Part shown: positions 32,511 to 42,349 of the stretch, one piece after another | Layout: the number at the start of each line of letters is the position of its first letter | Numbering within the stretch: the stretch's first letter is position 1 | Assembly (NCBI GenBank): GCA_035541175.1 | Contig: DATKNT010000149.1 | Coordinates: forward strand, 1-48,564 | Reading direction: 5' to 3' | From: Gaiellaceae bacterium | GTDB taxonomy: Bacteria; Actinomycetota; Thermoleophilia; Gaiellales; Gaiellaceae | Length of the DNA stretch: 48,564 bases | Program-made: the position numbers and the translations under genes | Notes under the pieces: generated by a model | Seen by the model: the letters and a program-made list of their open reading frames with translations, nothing else | What the model was told of the DNA's origin: nothing | The model's database searches: none

Positions 32511-33136
32511 CGGACCTCTCCCTCCAGCACGTCCGCGAGGCGGGCGAGGGCGCTGCGCGTCCGCGTCTTCACCGTGCCCAGGGGGATGCCGAGGAAGTCC
32601 GCGACCTCGCTCTGCGACAGGCCGCTCCAGTAGGCGAGCTCGATCACCTCGCGCTCCCGCGCCGGCAGCTCCTCGAGCGCGCGGTGGACGCGCCACGCGA
32701 CGTACGCGGTCTCGGCCCGCTCCGCCGGCCCCGGCTCGCCGGAGGCCGTCTCCGGCAGCTCGCCGGGCGGCTCCGAGCGGGCGCGGAGCCGGTCGACGAT
32801 CGCGTTCCGGGCGACGGCGTACAGCCACGGCGCGGCGGGTCCGCGCTCCGGCCGGTAGCTGCCGGCGGAGCGCCAGATCGCCGAGAAGGTCTCCTGCACC
32901 GCATCCTCCGCGCGCTGGCGGTCGCGCAGGCGTCGCAGTGCGAGCCCGAAGACGGAGCGGAGGTAGCGGTGGTAGAGCTGCTCGAAGGCCTCGCGGTCGC
33001 GGTCGGCGACCCGGACGAGCAGGTCCGCGTCGGACTCTCCCGCCTCGTCGGCGGGAGGCTCGGCTGCAGCGGGAACCGGGCGCAGGTGCGCCGGTGGGCT
33101 GAGGGCGACGTCCATCTCGTGATCGTCTCTACGCAT
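32507..33136 (-). CDS. ECF (group 4) sigma-70 family RNA polymerase sigma factor
   Basis: Region 2 is FEQLYHRYLRSVFGLALRRL...AEDAVQETFSAIW. Region 4 is LPAREREVIELAYWSGLSQSEVADFLGIPLGTVKTRTRSAL. Start is ATG 33136, with an alternative at 33115. Confidence 0.9.
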   Translation of the reverse strand: MRRDDHEMDVALSPPAHLRPVPAAAEPPADEAGESDADLLVRVADRDREAFEQLYHRYLRSVFGLALRRLRDRQRAEDAVQETFSAIWRSAGSYRPERGPAAPWLYAVARNAIVDRLRARSEPPGELPETASGEPGPAERAETAYVAWRVHRALEELPAREREVIELAYWSGLSQSEVADFLGIPLGTVKTRTRSALARLADVLEGEVR

Positions 33137-33168
33137 CAGCGGCCGTCCCGGTTTTCCAGGCCGGCGAC

Positions 33169-33780
33169 CTACTCCTGCGGCGCCTCCGCGAAGCGGCGCT
33201 CGACCTCCGGCCAGTTGACGACGTTCCACCAGGCCTCGAGATAGGCCGGGCGCTTGTTCTGGTACTTGAGGTAGTACGCATGCTCCCACACGTCTATTCC
33301 GAGAATCGGGACGTGCGACTCCATCCACGGCGAGTCCTGGTTGGCGGTCGAGTACACGGAGAGCCCGGTGCCGTCCCAGACGAGCCAGGTCCAGCCGCTC
33401 CCGAACCGCTTGATCCCGCCGTCGATCAGCGCCGCCCGCAGCTGCTCGAAGCCGCCGAAGGTCGCGTCGATCGCCTCGGCGAGCGCGCCGCCGGGGAGGC
33501 CGCCGCCGTCGGGGCTCATGATCTCCCAGAACATCGTGTGGTTCGCGTGGCCGCCGGCGTTGTTGCGGACCGCCGTCCGGATCTCCTCGGGAATGATCGC
33601 GATGTCGGCGAGCACCTGGTCGACCGGCCGGTCGGCCCACTCGGTGCCGGCGAGCGCGGCGTTCGCGTTGTCGACGTAGGCCTTGTGGTGGAGGTCGTGG
33701 TGGATGCGCATCGTCTCCGCGTCGATGTGCGGCTCGAGCGCGTCGTACGGGTACGGCAGGACCGGCAGTTCGAAGGGCAT
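33169..33780 (-). CDS. sodA: Fe/Mn superoxide dismutase
   Basis: The ATG lies 7 nt after AAAGGAG. LPYPYDALEPHIDAETMRIHHDLHHKAYV, AGGHANH and GIDVWEHAYYLKYQN carry all four metal ligands. Confidence 0.95.
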   Translation of the reverse strand: MPFELPVLPYPYDALEPHIDAETMRIHHDLHHKAYVDNANAALAGTEWADRPVDQVLADIAIIPEEIRTAVRNNAGGHANHTMFWEIMSPDGGGLPGGALAEAIDATFGGFEQLRAALIDGGIKRFGSGWTWLVWDGTGLSVYSTANQDSPWMESHVPILGIDVWEHAYYLKYQNKRPAYLEAWWNVVNWPEVERRFAEAPQE

Positions 33781-33864
33781 GGCCCGCTCCTTTCGGGACT
33801 CCTGGCTTCCGGCGTGAGGATATGCTCCCGCCGCCCCACCAGGTCGAGTCGAGGAGAGAGCCGG

Positions 33865-34485
33865 ATGGCGACGCTCGCGTTCAACTTCGAGGAAATCGCG
33901 CCGCGGGAGTTCCGTCCCGAGGTCTACGAGCTCGACGGGATCTCGCGCGCCGCGATCGAGGCCCACATGAAGCTGTACCAGGGCTACGTCGCGAAGCGGA
34001 ACGAGATCCTCGGAAGGCTCGCCGGCGTCGACCTCGCAGCCGCGAACCAGACCTACTCCGAGATCCGGGAGCTGAAGGTCGAGCTGACCTTCGCGGTCGG
34101 CGGGATCAAGAACCACGAGCTCTACTTCGGCCACCTCGGCGGCGGCGGCGGCGACCCGACCGGCGCGTTCGCCGCGCTCGTCAAGCGCGACTTCGGCTCG
34201 ATCGAGGCCTGGCGCGCCGACCTGAAGGCGAGCGGGATGGCCGGCCGCGGCTGGGCCTGGACCGCATACGACTGGGACGAGCGGCACCTGTTCAACTACG
34301 TCGGCGACGCCCAGAACACGTTCCCCGTCTGGAACGCGACCCCGCTCGTCGCGCTCGACGTCTACGAGCACGCGTACTTCCTCGACTACCAGACCGACCG
34401 CGCCTCGTACATCGACGCCTTCTTCGACAACCTCGACTGGGACGTCGTGAACGGTTGGGTCGAGCAGTCCGGCATTCCGGGGTAG
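33865..34485 (+). CDS. Divergent Fe/Mn-SOD-fold paralog
   Basis: The ATG follows GAGGAGAGAG. IEAHMKLYQGYV, GGIKNHELYF and LDVYEHAYFLDYQ retain the His/His/Asp/His ligand positions, but the HHxKHH block is reduced to AHMKLY. Confidence 0.8.
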   Translation: MATLAFNFEEIAPREFRPEVYELDGISRAAIEAHMKLYQGYVAKRNEILGRLAGVDLAAANQTYSEIRELKVELTFAVGGIKNHELYFGHLGGGGGDPTGAFAALVKRDFGSIEAWRADLKASGMAGRGWAWTAYDWDERHLFNYVGDAQNTFPVWNATPLVALDVYEHAYFLDYQTDRASYIDAFFDNLDWDVVNGWVEQSGIPG

Positions 34486-34525
34486 CGCACCGGCAACCGC
34501 CGCTGCAACAGTTCAGGGTGACGCC

Positions 34526-35161
34526 GTGACCCTCACCCTCGTCCTCGTCGCCGTCGGCTACGTCTGCGGCTCGATCCCGTCGGGCTACTGGCTCGTCAGG
34601 GCGTTCCGCCACGAGGACATCCGCAAGCTGGGGAGCGGGAACATCGGCGCCTCGAACGTCTTCCGCGTCTACGGCTGGAGGCTCGGCGTCTCGGTGGCGC
34701 TGCTCGACGCGGCGAAGGGGTTCGTCCCCGTGCTGGTGGCGACGCAGCTCGCCGGCTACGGCACCGGCGTGCTCGTCGGCGTCGCGGCGATGCTCGGTCA
34801 CGCGCGGCCGCTGTTCCTGAAGTTCCGGAAGGGCGGGAAGATGGTCGCGACCGCGGGAGGCTCGTTCCTCGGCCTCGCCCCGCCGGTCGCGCTGATCGCG
34901 CTCGCGGTCTGGATCGTCCTCCTCCTCGCGACCCGCTACGCGTCGATCGCGTCGATCGTCGCGGTCGCGACGATGCCGCTCACGTCGTGGCTGCTCGGCT
35001 ACCCGTGGCCGGTGATCGCGTTCGCGTCGTTCGCCGCGGTCGCCGTCCTCGTCCTCCACCGCGCGAACGTCAAGCGGCTGCTCCACGGCGAGGAGCACCG
35101 CTTCGAGCTGCGGCGGCGGCGGCCGGCCGGCGGGGGAGCTAGCCCCTCAGCCAGTCACTGA
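34526..35161 (+). CDS. plsY: Glycerol-3-phosphate acyltransferase PlsY
   Basis: GSIPSGYW, GSGNIGASNVFR and the GKMVAT(A)GG block are present in a 211-aa polytopic protein. Confidence 0.9.
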   Translation: MTLTLVLVAVGYVCGSIPSGYWLVRAFRHEDIRKLGSGNIGASNVFRVYGWRLGVSVALLDAAKGFVPVLVATQLAGYGTGVLVGVAAMLGHARPLFLKFRKGGKMVATAGGSFLGLAPPVALIALAVWIVLLLATRYASIASIVAVATMPLTSWLLGYPWPVIAFASFAAVAVLVLHRANVKRLLHGEEHRFELRRRRPAGGGASPSASH

Positions 35162-36116
35162 GCTCGGTGTGCCGCGCGGGCCCGTGAGCGCCGTTGCGCA
35201 GCTCGGCGCGCAGCTCGCCGACCGTCCCGTACCGCTCGGCCAGCACCTCGTGCGCGTGGATCGTCTCGAAGTTCACCTGGCGGGAGAGGACGAAGTCGCC
35301 GTCGTCGAGGGACGGCAGCTCGTCGAGGACGCTCTTCAGCGCGACGCGCACCGAGTCCTCGACGAACCGTGGCTGGAGGTGCGCGTGCTCGACGACGAAC
35401 AGCTCGTCCGGCCGCTTCAGCAGCTCGTAGATCGGCGAGCTCATCGACCCCTCGACGAGCTCGACGAGCCGCTCGGCGTCGACGCGCTCCGAGGTGCCGA
35501 CGAAGAGCGAGCCCTTGCCGCGCTGGTTGTGCGTCGCGACCGGGACGAGCTGGAGGATCCGGTCGACGTCGCCCTCGGCGAAGCCCGCCTCGAGCAGCCG
35601 CTCGGACGCGCGTCCGCGGACGAGCCCCTGCGCGCACGGGCACGCGTTGATGCCGACGGCCTCGACGCCGACGACGCGGCGCACGCGCTCGCGCGACGCG
35701 GCCGCGACGCCGATCAGCGACACCATCTCCTGCGTCGACAGGCGTGTCACCGGCGTCCGCCGCGAGTAGGGGTAGCGCGCCGTGATCCGCACCTCGGCGA
35801 CGAGCGCGTCCTGCCGCTCGACGATGTGGCGCGCGACGTCCGCCGCGAGGTCCTCGACGAGGAATGCCTCGTCGGCGACGACGCCCTCGATCGCCTCCTC
35901 GAACAGCTCGGGGAAGCGCGACATGTGGACGCCCTTCTGCGAGGGATCGAGGTCGACGGTGCAGTCGATCGTCGCGAGGATCAGCTTCTCGCGGGCGCCG
36001 CGGCCGATCCGGACGGCCTTCTGGACGCCGGTGACGCCGGCCCGCGAGAGGCCGAGCTGGATCTCGGGGGCGGACGCCTGCAGGTCGTCGAGAACGGGCC
36101 GCGCGCTCTGGGTCAT
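35139..36116 (-). CDS. folE2: GTP cyclohydrolase FolE2 (GCYH-IB)
   Basis: KGVHMSRFPE, NACPCAQ, ATHNQRGKG and the FVEDSVR blocks are present. Start chosen at ATG 36116 (MTQSARPVLDDLQ). Confidence 0.9.
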   Translation of the reverse strand: MTQSARPVLDDLQASAPEIQLGLSRAGVTGVQKAVRIGRGAREKLILATIDCTVDLDPSQKGVHMSRFPELFEEAIEGVVADEAFLVEDLAADVARHIVERQDALVAEVRITARYPYSRRTPVTRLSTQEMVSLIGVAAASRERVRRVVGVEAVGINACPCAQGLVRGRASERLLEAGFAEGDVDRILQLVPVATHNQRGKGSLFVGTSERVDAERLVELVEGSMSSPIYELLKRPDELFVVEHAHLQPRFVEDSVRVALKSVLDELPSLDDGDFVLSRQVNFETIHAHEVLAERYGTVGELRAELRNGAHGPARHTELSDWLRG

Positions 36117-36136
36117 GCCGATACTGTGCCACGGCC

Positions 36137-36715
36137 GTGCAGAACGACACGTCCTTTGCCCGCCTCGTCGCCCTCGCATGCCACGACGTCCGGACGCCGC
36201 TGGCGACGGTGCACGGCTTCGCTCGGACGCTCGCCCGGACGGCGGGGCTCGATCCGCCGGCGGATCGCTACGTCGAGATGATCGAGGCGGCGTCGGCGCA
36301 GATCGCGGAGCTCCTGGACGAGCTGGCGCTCGCCGCCCGGCTCGAGAGCGGCCGCTACGAGCCGGCGCTGCAGGAGGCGGACACGCTCGAGCTCGCCCGT
36401 ACCGCCGCCGAGCGGCTCGGCGAGGAGCGGGTGCGGGTGTCGGGCGAGGGCGCCGCCGTGCGGACCGACGTCGCCGCGGTCGACCGCGGCGTCTCGGCGC
36501 TCGTGCAGGCCGCGCTCCGCCACGGCGGCCTCGACGAGGTCGACGTCACCGTGCGCGGCGCGGAGATCGAGGTGTCGCCGATCACCGACTCGTCCGCGCG
36601 CGTCGTCCTCGGCGAGGAGCTGCGCGACCTCGGTGCCGCGGTCGCCGCCCGGGCGATCGCGTCGCTCGGCGGATCGGTCGCCGTCGCCGGCGGGACGCTG
36701 ACGATTCGGCTCTGA
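36137..36715 (+). CDS. Sensor-less HisKA protein with a degenerate (probably ATP-binding-dead) catalytic domain
   Basis: The H-box ACHDVRTPLATVHGF is intact. The N-box Asn is replaced (LVQAALRHGG). The G1 DxGxG motif is absent (PITDSSARV) and G2 is degenerate (LRDLGAAVAARAI). 192 aa with no TM helix or sensor domain. Confidence 0.65.
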   Translation: MQNDTSFARLVALACHDVRTPLATVHGFARTLARTAGLDPPADRYVEMIEAASAQIAELLDELALAARLESGRYEPALQEADTLELARTAAERLGEERVRVSGEGAAVRTDVAAVDRGVSALVQAALRHGGLDEVDVTVRGAEIEVSPITDSSARVVLGEELRDLGAAVAARAIASLGGSVAVAGGTLTIRL

Positions 36716-36807
36716 GCCGGCCGGACGCGGATCCGGGTCCGTGAGGACACCGAAGACCCCTCTCGACGAGTCGGCCTGCCGGCCAGCTGGTCGCGCAGCG
36801 AGCCCGC

Positions 36808-37212
36808 CTACGTCTCCTCGCTCCAGCCCGACGTCGACGAGAGCGCGTAGATCACGGCCACCGCCAGGAGGATCGAGATGAAGCCGGCCCACGGCTCCTG
36901 GCGGAGGATCATGAAGCCCTCCACGATCACCATGCCGGCCCAGAGGTAGCCGATCACGCGCCCGAAGGTGTGGCCTCCGAGCAGCGAGTAGCCGCCGTAG
37001 ATCGCCAACGCCGCGAGCACGAGATACCAGATGCCCCAGATCCAGGCGTGATGGCCGAACGCGCCGCCGGTCAGATCGTTGATCCTGGTGCTGTTCGCCA
37101 GGAAGTAGATCCCCGAGATGGCTTGCAGCACGCCGACCGAGAACATCACGACGGCCGCGAACGTCAGCCAGCCGGGGCGGTTGCCGTTCGACGTGGACGG
37201 TTGCATGGACAT
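36808..37212 (-). CDS. Small 4-TM membrane protein
   Basis: ATG 37212 lies 8 nt after GGGAGG. 134 aa with four hydrophobic helices rich in Gly/Trp/Tyr (WLTFAAVVMFSVGVL, WIWGIWYLVLAALAIYGGY...). Confidence 0.6.
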   Translation of the reverse strand: MSMQPSTSNGNRPGWLTFAAVVMFSVGVLQAISGIYFLANSTRINDLTGGAFGHHAWIWGIWYLVLAALAIYGGYSLLGGHTFGRVIGYLWAGMVIVEGFMILRQEPWAGFISILLAVAVIYALSSTSGWSEET

Positions 37213-37316
37213 GTGCTCGACCTCCCTGCTCCGGGAACTGGTGCGCCTGACTCGAGCCTCGATTCTCGTCCAATCGCCGGGGAATGTCACCCCCACGGCG
37301 TCCGGGACTCCGGCCT

Positions 37317-38087
37317 TCACTCCTGCCGGGGCTCCCAGCTGAAGTAGCGGACGGAGAGCAGGAGCCCGGCGATTCCCCAGGCGGCGACGACGGCGACGTC
37401 GCTCCAGTGGAACGGGGTGCCCAGATACCCGGCTTGCAGGCCCACGGCGAAGTGGCGGACGGGAAAGATCCGCGCGATCCACAGGATCCAGGCGGGGGTG
37501 CTGTTGCCGAACGGGATGAAGATCCCCGAGAGGAAGAGCAGCGGGAGGATCGAGATGTTGACGATCGCGGGGGCTGCGTCGGCGTTCGGGATCGCCGCCG
37601 TGATCGCGAGGCCGAGCGCGCAGAACGAGGCGGCCCCGACGAGCAGCATCACGAGGAAGCGAAGCAGCGTGACTCCCGACGGCACGTGTGCGCCGTAGGC
37701 GAGGCGGCCGAAGGCCGTGGTGATCGCGACGAGGAGCACGGCCACGAACGTCGCGTGCAGGATCCGGCTGGCGAAGAAGGCTGCATGCGGCAGCGGCGTC
37801 CCGTCGATCCTCCTCAGGATCCCGGCCTCGCGGTTGAAGGTCATGCTGATCGCGATGTTGTTGAAGCAGGCCGTGATGACGCCGAAGGCCGCCATCGACG
37901 CGACGTAGTAGGTCGACTCCTTCACCGCGAGCGTGCCGATGTGGACGGTCCCGTTTCCGAGCAGCGAGGTGAAGATGACGAGGAACATCAGCGGGAACGC
38001 GAACGTGAAGAACGCCCGCGCCGGGTTCCGCCAGAACGCCTTGTTCACGTAGCGGGCCTGGTCCAGCGTCAGCGCAACGGCGCTCAC
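37317..38087 (-). CDS. ABC-2 type transporter permease
   Basis: 256 aa and 6 TM helices. The N-terminal FWRNPARAFFTFAFPLMFLVIF is typical of ABC2_membrane (DrrB-like). The GTG overlaps the ATPase stop (GTGA). Confidence 0.85.
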   Translation of the reverse strand: MSAVALTLDQARYVNKAFWRNPARAFFTFAFPLMFLVIFTSLLGNGTVHIGTLAVKESTYYVASMAAFGVITACFNNIAISMTFNREAGILRRIDGTPLPHAAFFASRILHATFVAVLLVAITTAFGRLAYGAHVPSGVTLLRFLVMLLVGAASFCALGLAITAAIPNADAAPAIVNISILPLLFLSGIFIPFGNSTPAWILWIARIFPVRHFAVGLQAGYLGTPFHWSDVAVVAAWGIAGLLLSVRYFSWEPRQE

Positions 38088-39010
38088 TCCGTGCCGCCTT
38101 CCTCCGCCTCGCGCGTCAGCGCCAGGTAGACGTCTTCGAGCGACGGCCGCACCACCTCGAGCCCCTCGAGCGGCACCCCGTGCTCGATCGCCCAGCCGGT
38201 GAGATCGTGGAGCGCGACGACGGGATCGTCGACGTGCACCTCGACGAAGCCGTTGTCGTCGGCCGCGCCGGCGAACGGCGCCGGCGGGGCTGCACCGCCG
38301 GCCAGCCGGTAGCGGATGCGGACGCCGTCGTGCTCATTGAGCCCGAGCGTCGCCGGCGGCCCTTCCGCGACGACGCGTCCCGCCGAGATCACGACGACCC
38401 GATCGGCGAGGTACTGCGCCTCGTCCATGTAGTGCGTCGTCAGGACGACGGTCTTGCCGAGACCGGCAAGGCTCTTGACCACCTCCCACGCCTCGCGCCG
38501 CGCGGCGGGATCGAACCCCGTCGTCGGCTCGTCGAGGAACAGCAGGTCGGGATCGCCGACGAGGGCAACCGCCATCTCCAGCCGCCGCTGCTGGCCGCCG
38601 GAGAGCCGCACGACCCGCTCGTCCCGCTTCTCGGCGAGACCGACGAGCTCGATCACGTCGTCGACCGGCCGGCGGCGTGGATAGAGGCTCGCGTACATCG
38701 TCACCGTCTCACGGACGGTCAGGTACGGCTCGACGCCCGTCGACTGGAACACGATCCCGATCCTCGGCTTCAGCCGAGAGCGCTCTGACGCCGGATCGCA
38801 ACCGAGCACCTCCACTCCACCCGCATCACGTGAGCGGTAGCCCTCGAGGATCTCGACGGTCGTCGTCTTCCCGGCACCGTTCGGGCCCAGCAGCGCGAAG
38901 ATCTCGCCGGCCGGGATCTCGAGATCGATCCCGCGTACCGCCTCGACCGACCCGTACGCCTTCCGAAGACCACGCACCCGCACCGCCGGCGACTCGAGCG
39001 CCGCGGCCAT
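38084..39010 (-). CDS. ABC transporter ATP-binding protein (DrrA-like)
   Basis: Walker A GPNGAGKTT, signature LSGGQQRRL, Walker B LLFLDEPTTGFD. ATG 39010 lies 8 nt after GGGAGG. The GTG 39019 of the track ORF lies inside that Shine-Dalgarno sequence. Confidence 0.9.
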   Translation of the reverse strand: MAAALESPAVRVRGLRKAYGSVEAVRGIDLEIPAGEIFALLGPNGAGKTTTVEILEGYRSRDAGGVEVLGCDPASERSRLKPRIGIVFQSTGVEPYLTVRETVTMYASLYPRRRPVDDVIELVGLAEKRDERVVRLSGGQQRRLEMAVALVGDPDLLFLDEPTTGFDPAARREAWEVVKSLAGLGKTVVLTTHYMDEAQYLADRVVVISAGRVVAEGPPATLGLNEHDGVRIRYRLAGGAAPPAPFAGAADDNGFVEVHVDDPVVALHDLTGWAIEHGVPLEGLEVVRPSLEDVYLALTREAEEGGTE

Positions 39011-39166
39011 GCGCCTCACCTCCCGACGATCTCCGCCGACTCCGGGGCGCGCCCGCCACCGAGTCGGCTTCAGCCCCGGTATCTATACCTGCTCGTCGGA
39101 GCGGAGGACTCCCGGCCGGGCCACTGCCTCTGTCGAGGCGGGCTCGGTCTCTCGGGAATCAATCGT

Positions 39167-39763
<597 letters not shown>

Positions 39764-39796
39764 AGGCGCGACTCTACGAACCGGGCCGGACGGGCA

Positions 39797-40180
39797 CTAC
39801 TTCGAGTGCTCGAACTCCCAGCGCGCGAGCACGCGCAGGCTGACGATGCCGAGCGCGCGCCCGTCCTTCACCACCGGCAGGTGGCGGAAGTTGTGCTTGA
39901 ACATGATCTCCGCCGCATCCTCGATCGACGTCTCCGGGTCGATCGTCACCGGGTCGGGTGTCATCCACTGGCGGACGCGGGCCTCGGCGGCGCGGGCACG
40001 CGCGGCGACGGCGCGGAGGAGGTCGCGCTCGGTGACGATGCCGACGATGCGGACGAAGTCCTCGACGACGACGAGCGCGCCGACGCCGGCGGCGTTCATC
40101 TTCTCGGCCGCCTCGCCGATCGAGCTCGTCGGCTCGACGGTCAGCACGTCCTTCACCATCACGTCCGCGACGGTCGCCAT
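39797..40180 (-). CDS. CBS-pair domain protein
   Basis: 127 aa with two CBS repeats (VADVMVKDVLTV...GIVTERDLLR and VRQWMTPDPVTI...HLPVV...GIVSLRVL). Confidence 0.85.
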   Translation of the reverse strand: MATVADVMVKDVLTVEPTSSIGEAAEKMNAAGVGALVVVEDFVRIVGIVTERDLLRAVAARARAAEARVRQWMTPDPVTIDPETSIEDAAEIMFKHNFRHLPVVKDGRALGIVSLRVLARWEFEHSK

Positions 40181-40198
40181 CGCGGCCGAGGATAGCCG

Positions 40199-41026
40199 CT
40201 ACCGGAGCAGCCGCGACATGCGCCGGTCCTTGAGGACGCGGCCGCCGGTCTGGCATTCCGGGCAGTAGTAGATCGTGTGCTCCTCGAAGTCGATCTGCGC
40301 GATCGGCGTCGCGCAGACGTGGCACGGCTCGCCGAGACGGTTGTGCACGCGGTAGGTCTTCTCGTCGGAGGCGCCGCGCTCGCGGAGCTCGAGCCCGCGC
40401 GCGAGCTCGTCGTTCATCGCGGCGGCGAGCCGCGCGACCTCCTCGCCGGAGAGGTCGGTGGAGAGCGCGTACGGGGACAGCCTGGCCGTGTGGAGGATCT
40501 CGTTCGCCCAGGCGCGGCCGATCCCGGCGATCGCGCGCTGGTCGCGGAGCAGCGGGTGCAGCCGGCGCGCGTCGTGCCGGAGGATCTCGGCGAGCCCGGT
40601 CGCGTCGAGGCCGAGCGCCTCCGGGCCGAGATGGGCGACCTCCTCCTGCGCCGCCTCGGGCGTCAGCAGCCAGACGCCGGCGCGCTTCTTGCGCGCGTTC
40701 TCGGTGAGCACGAGCTTCGACCCGCCTTCGAACGCGAGCGCGAACGCCGGCGTCTTCGGGCCCTTCTCGCCGGCCCGGAGCATCTTCAGCCGCCCCGCCG
40801 TCATCAGGTGGACGAGCAGGACGAGCTCGCCGTCGTCCGTCGGGAAGAGCAGCCGCTTGCCGCGCCGCTCGACGCCGCGGAACCTCCGCCCCTCGAGCAC
40901 GGCGAGCGGCGGGTCGAACGTCTTCAGCGTGGCGATGTGCCCCGGCCCCGCCTTCGCGACCGGGAATGCCGACACGGGGTCGTTCAGCGCGCGTCGCCAT
41001 GCCTCCATCTCCGGCAGCTCCGGCAC
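40199..41026 (-). CDS. Fpg/Nei family DNA glycosylase / AP lyase
   Basis: A GTG start gives (M)PELPEME with the catalytic N-terminal Pro-Glu. H2TH block QRAIAGIGRAWANEILH. C-terminal zinc finger CHVC...CPEC. Confidence 0.85.
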   Translation of the reverse strand: MPELPEMEAWRRALNDPVSAFPVAKAGPGHIATLKTFDPPLAVLEGRRFRGVERRGKRLLFPTDDGELVLLVHLMTAGRLKMLRAGEKGPKTPAFALAFEGGSKLVLTENARKKRAGVWLLTPEAAQEEVAHLGPEALGLDATGLAEILRHDARRLHPLLRDQRAIAGIGRAWANEILHTARLSPYALSTDLSGEEVARLAAAMNDELARGLELRERGASDEKTYRVHNRLGEPCHVCATPIAQIDFEEHTIYYCPECQTGGRVLKDRRMSRLLR

Positions 41027-41043
41027 GCGGTCAGCGTAGCGGC

Positions 41044-42339
41044 CTAGAGCTCGGCGACCTGGCTCTCGAGCCCGAGCGCGGCGTCGTCGAGGAGAGGCGG
41101 CGGCTCCTCCTCCGGGAGCTCCCGGATCGACCGCAGGGGCCGCGCGAGGAGGAAGAGGAAGCAGAAGCTCGCGCCGATCGTTCCGACGAACAGCGTGGGC
41201 CGGACGCCGATCGCCGTCGAGAGCGCGCCGCCGACGAGGCTGCCGAGCGGAATCGTCCCCCAGACGATCCATCGTCGCGACGCATTCGCGCGCCCGAGCA
41301 TCCGGTCCGGCGTCAGCGCCTGGATCAGGCTGATCCCGGTCACGTTGTAGAGCACGATCGCGAGCCCGGCGATCATCCCGGAGGCGACGAGGAACGGGAT
41401 CGGGAAGCCCTGCGGCGCGAGCGGGACGAGCAGCAACGCGGCACCGCCGAGGAAGCCGGAGAGGACGAGCGTCGGCCCGACGCCGAGGCGGCGACGCACG
41501 CGCTGCACGACGAGCGCGCCGAGCAGCCAGCCGACGTTCCCGAGCGCGAGCACGAGCCCGAGCTCGCCCGGTGTCAGCCCGAGCTCGCGGACGGCGTAGA
41601 CGACGTAGAGCGCGAACGCGATGCTCGTGAAGAAGTTGAAGGTCGCGACGTACTCGGTCAGCGCCCGCCAGCGCGGATCGCCGAGCACGAAGCGGAGCCC
41701 CTCGATCAGCTCGCGGCGCATGCTCGGCGCCGGCCCCGGCTCCGGGCGAGGCTCGCGGCGGCGGATCAGGCCGACGGAGACCGCGGAGAAGACGAAGCTC
41801 GCGGAGTCGACGGCGATCGCGTACGGCGCGCTGATCGCCCCGACGAGCGCGCCGCCGAGCCCTGGCCCGGCGATCTGCGCCGCCGAGCGGCTCAGCTCGA
41901 GCTTCGCGTTGCCCTCGACGAGGTGCTGCCTGCCGACGAGCGAGGGGAGGTACGACTGGTACGAGACGTCGAAGAAGACCGTCAGCGTCCCGGTGACGAA
42001 GCCGACGGCGTAGAGCTGCCAGATCGTCAGGGAGCCGAACGCGGCGACGAGCGGGATCGACGCGAGCGCGACGGCGCGCCCGGCGTCGGCCGCGATCAGG
42101 ACGGGCCGGCGGGCGATCCGGTCGATCCAGACTCCCGCCGGCAGGGCGAAGAGGAGGAACGGCAGCAGGTCGACCGTCCCCAGGAGCGCGACGTAGAACG
42201 CGGAGACGTGGAGGACGAGCACGGCGACGAGGGGGAGCGCGAGCTGCGACACCTGCGAGCCGAGCTGGCTCACCGTCTGCCCGGTCCAGAGCTTCAGGAA
42301 GTCGGGATTCCGCAGCAGGTCCCCGCCCGGCCGGCGCAT
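41044..42339 (-). CDS. MFS transporter (EntS/MFS_3-like)
   Basis: 431 aa and about 12 TM helices. The N-terminal NPDFLKLWTGQTVSQLGSQVSQLALPL and LPAGVWIDRIARRPVLI are typical of this MFS subfamily. Confidence 0.85.
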   Translation of the reverse strand: MRRPGGDLLRNPDFLKLWTGQTVSQLGSQVSQLALPLVAVLVLHVSAFYVALLGTVDLLPFLLFALPAGVWIDRIARRPVLIAADAGRAVALASIPLVAAFGSLTIWQLYAVGFVTGTLTVFFDVSYQSYLPSLVGRQHLVEGNAKLELSRSAAQIAGPGLGGALVGAISAPYAIAVDSASFVFSAVSVGLIRRREPRPEPGPAPSMRRELIEGLRFVLGDPRWRALTEYVATFNFFTSIAFALYVVYAVRELGLTPGELGLVLALGNVGWLLGALVVQRVRRRLGVGPTLVLSGFLGGAALLLVPLAPQGFPIPFLVASGMIAGLAIVLYNVTGISLIQALTPDRMLGRANASRRWIVWGTIPLGSLVGGALSTAIGVRPTLFVGTIGASFCFLFLLARPLRSIRELPEEEPPPLLDDAALGLESQVAEL

Positions 42340-42349
42340 GAGCCGGAGC

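Noticed and set aside
39011-39019. GTG 39019 as the start of the ABC ATPase, as in the ORF track
   Set aside because: This GTG lies inside the GGGAGG Shine-Dalgarno sequence. ATG 39010 lies 8 nt downstream of it and is the better start.
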